From Octopus sinensis (Eukaryota): a stretch of 64,000 bases of DNA. Below the pieces are notes generated by a model, which did no database searches, was not told the DNA's origin, and saw only the letters and a list, made by a program, of their open reading frames with translations. Location of the stretch: assembly GCF_006345805.1 (NCBI RefSeq), contig NC_043006.1, forward strand, positions 74,214,001 to 74,278,000, given 5' to 3'. The translations under genes were made by a program, and so were the position numbers. Positions 54,050 to 64,000 of the stretch are shown here, piece after piece (positions within the stretch are counted from its first letter, which is position 1; every line of letters begins with the position of its first letter).

Positions 54050-55100
54050 CATGTTTGCATTGCAGAATACTTAACAGCTAACTTCCATAAATTTAATCTC
54101 GTAATTGAAATCTGTTTCCATGTTCAGCAATAACTGCGTCAAGATTTTCAGGAAGGAAATACAATAAATGGAATTTCGGATTCATGCAGCAATTCCTATC
54201 TTTTAAAGTGATCAGTTTCTCGTCACCAGTTTGAAAAGAAAGTTTGTAATTTCTTAAGTTAACACAAAATCTGTTTTTATCTGAGATGCTCAGTTTTTCA
54301 TCATAAGCTGTTTGATTTTAATACACTAGAATATTTTCGGTTCTAAATTTTGCAGCACTTAATTTTTAAAATATTTCTGAGATATCAATATTTCTTTGAT
54401 TTTTTTCCCCCAACTTAATGAAGATATTCCTTAATGAATATCTTCAAAAAATTGGTTTAATCAGACGAAACGTTTTCTTCTGATCAATTCAAAGGTGTGA
54501 TTGAATATTATTTCTTCCGCGAATATATGAATACTTGATTAGTAAATTCTATTATGATGGTGCTCTGTAAAATCTCAACTGTCCTACAAGCATAGAGACA
54601 TTCATATGGTAGCTATTTTAAGATCGCTACAAAAAACCCATAGTCGCTATTGCATTGAATTACGTTAAAAAGGATCTCCATGTTAACATAAGATCCTTTT
54701 AAATGCAATAAAACAGCATTAAAGCTTTGTAGTGATCAAACTACAGAAAGTCACCATCCACTTACAAGATGTCCAGTCTATTAATGCCATGACAATAATA
54801 GAAAGGAACGTCCACTTTGAAGTAAAGTGCTAATCCAAAATTTGATTTCTGTAGTAACTTACAGTCACTACGACATCCTTTTCAAATGAGAGGAGGTCTG
54901 AATTATTGATTGACAGACCTAAATCCCTCCTAACGTTGTTCAAAATGGCTTGTGTAAAACAAGTTGAATTTATTATTCTTCTACTGGCTTCTATTCCCAG
55001 GAACTTGGCGAAAGTTTACAAGAACCACCAGCAATTGAAGCTTCCCCAATATCTATTCCTTCGCCTTCAATAAAGCAGAGACTATCTTGCAGGAAAATAG
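54050..55100 (-). pseudogene. Possible very old hAT-type transposase remnant
   Basis: Non-repetitive, coding-like composition with weak resemblance to hAT segments (e.g. PKFHLLYFLPENL vs the FHC..HQENL-type motif); many stops. Confidence 0.2.
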
Positions 55101-55680
55101 CAATACGCAGTGTTTCAATATAGGATAGAACTCTACTTGCGAACCCAGGTTGGCGCTAATGATTTTGTACAATCATTTTTTAAGAAACATATTTCTCCTC
55201 ACCCCAAACTATTGGTATTGCACAACCAGCTGGTGGTTATTTTTTCTTCAAGGAAACGCGCAAATCATTTCAATACGCTATACAAATTTAATGAGGTCCC
55301 CGTGTCGACTCTTGTGAGCGTAGGTTGTCAATCAAAATATTATTTGTGTATCTTTATAAGATCAGTTTTCATAAGCTGTCGTTGTGATAAGGCGGTGACC
55401 CTACCACAAACTGGAAAACATGCTTCAGGCTTAATTTAGATAGGTTATAATCCTACAAAAAATGAAAACAAATCTGTTAAAAAGTTAGCGCATAAATATG
55501 AACTTATACCTTTATTTCTACATTCAAATATGATTCTATAAAGTAGTTCAGTGTGTATCTCAGAGCATAAGACCGACAGGAACAAAAATATACAGATAGT
55601 CATATCTTAAAAAATATTCTTGCCATGGTAAAACACGGACTGTTTCAAAATTAGTGCAAAAAATCCAATGAAATATATCC

Positions 55681-56097
55681 TTTTCTACTCTAGGCACAAG
55701 GCCCGAAATTTTTGGAGAGGGAGCAGTCGATTAGATCGATACCAGTACGCAACTAGCACTTAATTTATCGACTCCGAAAGGATGAAAGGCTAAGTCGACC
55801 TCGGCGGAATTTGAACAGAATGTAAAGATAGACGAAACACTGCTAAGCATTTCGCCTGGTGTTCTAACGTGTCTTATTTCTTTATTGCCCACAAGGGGCT
55901 AAACATCGAGGGGGACAGACAAAGGAATTAAGTTGATTACATCAACCCCAGTGTGCAACTGGTACTTAATTTATCGACCCCGACAGGATAAAAGGCAAAG
56001 TCGACCTCGGCGGAATTTGAACTCAGAACGTAAAGACAGACGAAACACTGCTAAGCATTTCGCCCGGCGTGCTAACGTTTCTGCCAGCTCGCCGCCT
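55681..56097 (-). mobile_element. SINE family B dimer (tail 1 + tail 2)
   Basis: Same architecture as 43513-43938. Confidence 0.9.
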
Positions 56098-56436
56098 TAC
56101 CAGTGAAATATATCAGCTATGATAAAGATTACTTGCAGGAATGTGTAAATGAATTAAAATGACTTTGGTCAAGAACTCTATCCATTCTACTGTTATTGTT
56201 ATTATGTTTTTCACTCTTAACTGTTATCTTAATCTCTCATCCTACATTTGTTATTGATTTTTACTTTCGTTTACTTAATAAGATAAACAGATGCAGCTGG
56301 GAGGTAATAAGTTTGCTTTTCAACCACATGGTTCTTAGTTCAGTCCCACAGCGTTGAATCTTCAGCAAATGCCTTTCTAGAACCGACTAAAACCTTGTCA
56401 TTGTATTTGAAATTTGTGAAATGAAAGAATCCCGTC

Positions 56437-56468
<32 letters not shown>

Positions 56469-57212
56469 CTGTGTGCGTGTCTGTCTGTCTGTTTGTCTTT
56501 GTGTTTGTGTCTCATCACAGCATTACAACCAGTGTTGGTTTGTTTAACTCCCCGTAACTTAGCGGTTCATCAAAAGCGTCGCTAGTATAAGTCGTGGGGT
56601 TTAACAAAAAGTACTGTGTATTCATTCGACTAATAACTTGTTAAGGCGGTGCACCAGCATGGTCGCAGTCCAACGACAGAAACAGGTAAAAATAAAATTT
56701 AAAATGCCTCAGAAAACGGCAATAGTATTGTTACTTTACATTCAATGGTCTTATAGTCTAATAAGCTGTACCTATACTTATAATTCAATAGTTTTATACT
56801 GTCCTTGCTAAACTTTAGGTTTGGTACTTTGCTATATCATGCGCGTAGTTATTATCCCGACAACACGAAAACATTCTCATTTGGATAGTAAATACAAACA
56901 CATGAATTCAGCAACTAACAGCTTCTTTATAAAATCGTTTAGACTACCTTGCAATGTTATTGTATTTTAGAACTGTCTGCCATATTAATTCAAATCCCAT
57001 TGTGGTTAACTGTGCATTACATTCTTTCGTGACCCATAATGATGTATCAATCTAGTACTATTGAGGGAGCTGTTCGAACGATCGGTGACATACTTAGGCT
57101 TTTCAATGTTCTAACGGCAATATTTGCAAATTGACTGGGGTCAAGCAGTGTCGGCCTCGGCATTACACCGGAAGCATGGTGAGAGGAGACTTGCGTCCAA
57201 CAGCAGCTGTGT

Positions 57213-57400
57213 GGAGGCGCAATGGCCCAGTGGTTAGGGCAGCGGACTCGCGGTCGTAAGAATGCGGTTTCGATTCACAGACCGGGCATTATGAGTGTTT
57301 ATTGAGCAAAAACACCTAAGCTCCACGAGGCTCCGGCAGGGAGGGGTGGTGAACCCCGCTGTACTCTTTCACCACAACTTTCTCTCACTCTTTCTTCCTA
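57213..57400 (+). mobile_element. SINE family C, 3'-truncated
   Basis: Full tRNA-Arg-like head; ends after ctctttcttcc. Confidence 0.85.
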
Positions 57401-57687
57401 CTCCTCCCATAAAACAGAGGAACCTTGGTGTAACCCACTATGGTGTGGTAAACTTTCAAACCCTAGTCTAGATTGCGAATCCTCTGTACCCCAGGATGGT
57501 TCAGCTCTCCACCCGTTAAAAGCCACTGTTTACAGAATGAGGATAACAACGTAGCTTTCGCGTCCGTGCAACCGCCAGTCTATTACGTGTGGTGAGAGGA
57601 TCTTCAAGTTGCCACACGCATTTTAGTAGCTTAGAGTAGGCTCGAATTAGAGATTATTCTTTGTGGCTAATGGCGTGAGTCCTGATT

Positions 57688-57726
57688 GGAAGAAGAAGAA
57701 AGAAGAAGAAGAAGAAGAAGAAGAAG

Positions 57727-57757
<31 letters not shown>
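57688..57757 (+). repeat. (GAA)n tract, possibly a LINE 3' tail
   Basis: About 20 GAA units after a GC-richer non-repetitive segment. Confidence 0.8.
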
Positions 57758-60201
57758 CAGCAACTGGTAAATCTTCCACACACCTTTCACCGTCGGTCAC
57801 TTGGAAAAGAACTTCCTCGGGGCAGAAAATCACGTTCAGCCATAGTCCGAAGGCGGCTTTAATGACAATAAATCTGACTTCCGAAGTTCACCTCTCTTAA
57901 CGCTTTCCTCCATCATTAAAACCATCGAAATAATCTCAAATGTCACGAATCCACTGTTGTTTATTACAGTGAGTTCTTTGTATTTATGAGTTCCTTTTTG
58001 AATTTAATCGAAATAGGCAGTGAGTCAGTAAATACAACGCATCACGATTTTTCCCGATTCTCTGCGAAGCGATTTCAAATCCCACCGAGGTAAATTTGCA
58101 GTTTTTCCTTTCAGGGTTGATAAAAAGTACAAATTTAATTTGGTGGATTGGCGGAACTGTTATAAAATTATACGAGTTGTCTTACGGTATCTCTAACGGC
58201 CCCCTTAGACACATCGAAGATATTTTGATGGGAGCGTGGTATGCATGGAGAAATGCCAACCTGCCTTAAAGTCTTTGTACGTTTGCTTATACATGTGCAG
58301 CAGTGTGATCAATTTGACCGGTGGAGGCCTTTGCTTAATGGACTTCTCTTGTAAATAAAGAGTCATGAACACTTCCTCGATACGTGGCACTGACACATAA
58401 TAATTACGCTTATGATACAAGTAGTTCAGCACCTATCCGATCATCTGCTACATTTATGTTTATAATAACTATATTCCCCAGTATTCTTGTTACAGGCCTA
58501 ATCATATTTATCATAAGAGACATTCTTGAAAATGGCTTTGATAAAACTGAAGCCCATAGAGATTTATTGTTTATATGCAGTGAAAGTATTTTGAAGGCGA
58601 AATGTAAATTGTTTCACGGAGAAATTGTATGATTTCTCTTGCGGACATCTTCTGTGTAACATAATATTACTAGATATGTATATATATATCAATATTAATT
58701 TAGTTGAAGTCAAATAATGGTTATGAACCGACTGAGATAGTGAAGCAATACAGAAACTATCATCATATTTGTACAGTGATTAAAAACGACACTCACTGAA
58801 ATAACTTCTGGAGTCCTTTTCTATGCATGTAGACAGCATTCAGCTTTGCAGAGAATGTTAACGATATATTCTTGTCAGTTATACAATACCAATACTGTTT
58901 ATATGTGTAAGACTGTATCATTCATATTACATATTTAGCACCTACTGGAAATGACTATTATGACTAGTGCGTTTTGCTGATAGACATAACTGTCACAAGC
59001 TAATTAAAAATTGACCAATAACCTGATAACTTTTGACCCAGAAAGTTGTCTCGAGATAGTAATATGGACGAGAGCAAAGTTAATGATATAAATCAAGAAA
59101 CCTCAATTAAGATTCTACCATTAGTGATAAGAAAGCCGGTGAACTGGTGCAAAAATTAAAGCGTTACATAGAATGTCCCATGCTATTTATTCCGGCTCTG
59201 TGTGTTTTGAGTTCAAATTCTGTCCAGGTCATTTTTGCCACTCGCCAAATCTGGGAGATCGATCAGCAAAAGTTGCGCGAGAAGGACAGTAAATTGCCAG
59301 AATTTTTAGAGGCAAGGGCGCCTGCGACGCCGTAATCGACGGAAGTGCCACTTAGCCATTCGGTTCGGTCCAGTTTGACTATTCTGTTTATTTGATTCTG
59401 TCCGCTAGTTGTTTGCCAGACTGTCCACTCGGCTCTGTCCAGTCTACACCCATGACCATATTCTCTCTCATTCCATTAACTACCCAAATCCTATCATGGT
59501 ATAATGGCTGCCGTCTTTCTTCTAGCCTTGTTTAGATTACGAAATGAAACAGAAGTGGAGAGATTTCAGTTGTGATAATAACTTTCTCCAAACCGGAAGC
59601 TCTTTGCAATATATTTTCTATACTTTCTTTTTCTTAAATGGCATGTGGTATCTATTCTAAGTATTTTTCTTCTAACGACAACCCTTACGACGATACTGAT
59701 GACGATTTGGCTCAAGTCAGCGGCTCTTCCCTAGGATGAACAGCAGTGGTGTTCATAAAAGGAAATTTCATGACTGGGCATCAGTTTTTTTCAAAAAAAT
59801 TTCCCATGCCTTTACATGTATGTGCAGAAGCGCTGTCAACATTGAGAAAGAAGCTGGCTTGGTGAGGAGGGTAAATCTCGGTCACCCTGTCTGAGGAAAA
59901 ACAAGACCTGTCAAAGGGCATAGCAACTCAGAAGACTCAACAACCATCAAATATACTTAGGCTGAGTTGATGCTTATTAGTTGTACTGAAGAAAATCCGT
60001 ATAGGAGTGGGAAATCTCTAAAATATAAAGTATTCAGCGAAAACTTGCAACTAGATGATACTGTTTCGTAAAGAAGACATTATGACAGAGATATGTTATA
60101 GTTTCGTCTACAAACGACTGATAATAAAGAAATACACTAATGAATATATATAAGTATACGCTTATATATATATATATATATAGGCATATATATTATATAT
60201 A

Positions 60202-60239
<38 letters not shown>

Positions 60240-60240
60240 T

Positions 60241-61166
60241 ATCTATACAATATGTTACATACTCGTAGTCAAGATAAACTCTGATTTCAGATGCCGAAGT
60301 GGAATCCACAACACATCTCTTCGGTTATCTGGCTATTTGAAAACGTTATGAAAATACCGTTAAATGAAGAAATTACTCTGTTATAACTCTGCTTTGCCTG
60401 CGTACTTTACATCGCTCGCATTTTTCGTCATAAAAATTATATAAAATACATAAAATATTTGTGCCCGCTAAATGGAGCTTGCATGTCCAGACATCATATA
60501 TGAAGCTACCGTAACTCTATAACCACTAAAGACACCGTTTCGACGAATAAATACGTGGGCCTGACAGAGGGTAATTTCAAGGCCAGGTTCAATAACCACA
60601 CTTTGAGCTTTAGGCACTGGAACAAAAAAAAGCGACACAATTATCCAATCATATTTGGTCTTTAAGAGATAAAGGTGTCGATTATAACATACAATGAAAG
60701 ATTTTGGCCAGATGTAAGCCCTCTACTAACGCAGCGGAAGGTGCGGTTTATGCGACTGGAGAGATGGCTTATCTGAAAAGCAGCTTAGACCCTACCACAT
60801 GTCTAAATACAAGGACAAAGCTTTTCGTCATGCCCACATGTGACAAATTTCTGTTACGTTTTCGGTCCCCTAAAGAAAACGGATATAACATGCTTTCTGT
60901 GTTATGTCCCAAGAAGATTTTATATATTTTTATATATTTTTATGTATTTTTATATAATTTTTATGACGAAAAATGCGAGCGATGTATAAGTACGCAGCAA
61001 AGCAGAGTTATAACAGAGTAATTTCCCTTCATTTTTAACGGTATTTTTTCATAACGTTTTCAAATAGCCAGATAACCGAAGAGATGGTGTTGTTGATTTC
61101 CACTTCGGCATCTGAAACATCAGAGTTTTATCTTGACTACCGAGTAATGTAACATATTGTATAGAT
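60241..61166 (+). mobile_element. Penelope-like element 3' fragment: GIY-YIG endonuclease between ~220-bp inverted repeats
   Basis: Across frameshifts: CPLNGAC..DIIYEATV..NKYVGLTEGNFKARFNNHTLSFRH..TQLSNHIWSLRDKGVDYNIQ*KILARCKP..RCGLC..CPH (GIY-YIG domain with Cys/His residues); arms at 60241-60458 and 60934-61166. Confidence 0.88.
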
Positions 61167-61394
61167 AAATTTCCTCTATTTACATAATATTGAGGTCTCT
61201 TTCTTTCTTTTGTTATCTTACCGTTTTATCAATATATATATATATATATATATATATGCATGTATATAAATATATATATATGTAAATGTGTTCATATATG
61301 AATATATACGTGTATATATGTACATATATGTTTTATGTATATATATGTGTGTATGTGTGTGTGCAGACACACTGCGCGCGCACACACATATATA

Positions 61395-61596
61395 TTCTTT
61401 TAATCTTTTACTTGTTTCACTAATTTGACTGCGCCATACTGGAGCCATACTGGAGCACCGAGGACTTATTCTTTGTAATCCTAGTACTTATTCTATTGGT
61501 CTTATTTGCCGAACCGCTACCTTACGGGACTTAAACACTCCAGCACCCGTTGTCAATCGATGGTGGAGGTGGGGAGACAAACACAGACATACAAAT

Positions 61597-61627
<31 letters not shown>

Positions 61628-61785
61628 CAACGGGTTGTTTTTCAGTTTCCGTCTACCTAATCCACTCACAAGGCTTTGGTGGGCCCGAGTCTGTAGTAGA
61701 AGACACTTGCCTCAGGTGCAACGTAGTGGGACTGAACCCAAAACCATGTGGTTGGGAAGCAAGCTTTTCACCTCACAGCCACGCC
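61395..61785 (-). mobile_element. SINE family A
   Basis: Head and tail recognisable, with several single-base deletions. Confidence 0.85.
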
Positions 61786-62224
61786 ATATATATATATATG
61801 TGTGTGCGTGTATACGTATATGCGGATATATATATATATATATACATAATTACATACATGTATATATATACATACATATATGTGTTTGTTTCAGCAAGCT
61901 GCGTACGATATGGTGTCTAGTTGCTTTTTTCCCCTCTTCAGAATAGAGAGACATGTGTATAGAAAACCTCCGACATGGAACAGCGGAGAACTGGTAAAAG
62001 TAGATACAAAGAATAGCAATGGAAGAAAAGAGAAAACCGTGTTTTCTTTATAGTGATATGGGAATATTGAACAGAAGCCTATTGTACAGTTACGCTTGAC
62101 TGGCTTTTGGAGTAAGACGGAATGTGATTAACAACTCCATGATCATGTTTTCATATTTACACCGGCCATACGGATTTCAGTTATGTTTCTAGATTATGAA
62201 TAAAATTGCTTTCAAATGTTCGTA

Positions 62225-62620
62225 TACAGCCACCATTTTCTGGGGAGGATCTACGTCGATTACATCGACTCCAGTGTCCACCTAGTACATATTTTTCATC
62301 GACCCTGTAAGAATGAAAGTGGTTGCGGTGGAATTTGAACTCAGAACATAAAGACGAACGAAATGTTGCACAGTATTTTGCCCGACGGGCTAACGATTCT
62401 GCGAGGTCCCCGCCTTAAGAATCATTTCTACTATTGGCACATGGCCTGAAATTTGGGGGTAGGGTGGGGTTCAGCCGATTAGATCGACCTCCAGTACGCA
62501 ACTGGTCCTTAATTTATCAACCCCATAGAGGATGAATGGCAAAGTCAACCTCGGCTGAATTTGGAATCAGAATATGCTGACAGACGAAATGTCGCTAAGC
62601 ATTTTACCCAGCTCACGGCC
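62225..62620 (-). mobile_element. Two degraded SINE family B copies
   Basis: gaatttgaactcagaac...ctaacgattctgcgag and gcaaagtcaacctcggctgaatttgg. Confidence 0.75.
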
Positions 62621-62886
62621 TTAAAAATGATGACTAATATTACACGCTATTTCGTCTCCAACAATTGATACACTTGCTAACCACAGATTCACAGATTCAC
62701 CTTAGAGACTATGCGTGGAAAGTAAAAAAACTGATAGCTAATGAAACCAAATAAAAATTATCTAAAATTGAAAACTAAAATTAAAGGCTGATAAGGCTTT
62801 ATGTGACTTGAGATAACGTAGTCGCAATAATGCACATACACAGTCATACACACGAAACAATACATGCATACAGATATGTATGTGTT

Positions 62887-63180
62887 GGAGGCACATGGGC
62901 TAGTGGTTAGAGCAGCGTACTCGCGGTCGAGGTATCGTGGGTTCGAATCTCAGACCGGTCGATGTGTGTATTTATGAGCGAATCACCTGAGCTCCACGCC
63001 TAATGACAAACTCCAGCTGACTCTTTCGCCACAACTTTCTATCACACTTTCCTCTTGCATCTAGCAGCTCACCTGTGACGGACCGGCGTCCCATCCAGGT
63101 GGGGGACCTATACGCCAAGGAAACCGAGAAACCGGCCCTATGAGCCAGGCTTGGCTCGAGAATAACAAACAAACAAACAA
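62887..63180 (+). mobile_element. SINE family C, tail Y variant with (AAAC)n end
   Basis: Head ggaggcacatgggctagtggttagagcagcgtactcgcgg; tail ggctcgagaataacaaacaaac. Confidence 0.87.
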
Positions 63181-63627
63181 TTTATATATGTACGTACGTA
63201 TGTATGTATGTATGAAAATAACGTGTTACACAACGCTACACTAAAATGTGTAATGATACTCAGCCGGTAGTGTTCCCAAACATCAACTCCCTCATCACGA
63301 GTAGGTAGAGTACTGGTAGTAAGTGTACTATGAGAACGAAATTCGTTTTAGAGCGTTTAGAAGTAGAAAAGACAGATAATTAAACGTAGGTGTAAGTAAT
63401 TTTCTCCCATGGAAAGTTGCCTACAAAATTAAATGATGTAAACAAATCTTGATTAATCATTTCAATATATACAGAACTTTCAATTGGAATGCATTTTTCA
63501 TGCCTGCTACTGTTTATCTGCCTTTCCTGTGTATATATATATATAATATATATATATATATAAACATCATACATACACACATACACACACATGTATATAT
63601 ACATGCATGCATACATATATACATACA

Positions 63628-63671
<44 letters not shown>

Positions 63672-64000
63672 AATATATGTACACACACATACATACACAT
63701 GCACATACACATATATATGGAAGTACATAAACGTTTGGAGGTTATGGGTCGCCAAGGGCCAAGTTATTGTTATTGTTAGCCGCTTGCTTCACCGAGGTGT
63801 CAGGTGATACCCACGAGGGTACTTGGCCCTTTCAACGCCTTAGCCTCGCTATCGTCAGAGCCAATGCTGCGAGCTTCTTGGTTTGCTTCAGTAGATTCCG
63901 TCGACCCTTGTGCTGTGCGACTAACTGAGGCACTTGGTGTTTTTGCCATTTTTGTTTCCTTATTCCTCTTTTCCCATTTTTTCCCGCCTTGGGATTTATA

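Noticed and set aside
99-63779. Dozens of ORFs rich in IY, HT, CV or LSIY repeats (e.g. 33206-33913, 19227-19943, 22163-22648)
   Set aside because: They are translations of microsatellites and SINEs that lack stop codons in some frames, not genes.

Overview
AT-rich, microsatellite-saturated metazoan genomic DNA. The SINE repertoire is what I associate with the genus Octopus; this is recognition from memory, not a database result. I found no intact host protein-coding gene, rRNA or true tRNA gene, so the window is intergenic or intronic. Almost all ORFs in the supplied track are translations of (TA)n, (CA)n or (GATA)n tracts or of SINEs. The window contains five tRNA-headed SINE families (my labels A-E), decayed mariner/Tc1 transposons, non-autonomous Helitrons, RTE-like LINE remnants, a Tx1/L1-like ORF1-only element, and a Penelope-like element (PLE) fragment with a GIY-YIG endonuclease between inverted repeats. 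The most interesting signal is a set of minimal, Penelope-type hammerhead ribozyme motifs in several unrelated small repeats (8742, 11820-11865, 16397-16432, remnants at 32709 and 34376). One of them sits in a tRNA-headed SINE, which would be a Pol III SINE carrying its own self-cleaving ribozyme. Indel-only differences between duplicated segments suggest long-read sequencing errors, so frameshifts should be read with caution.
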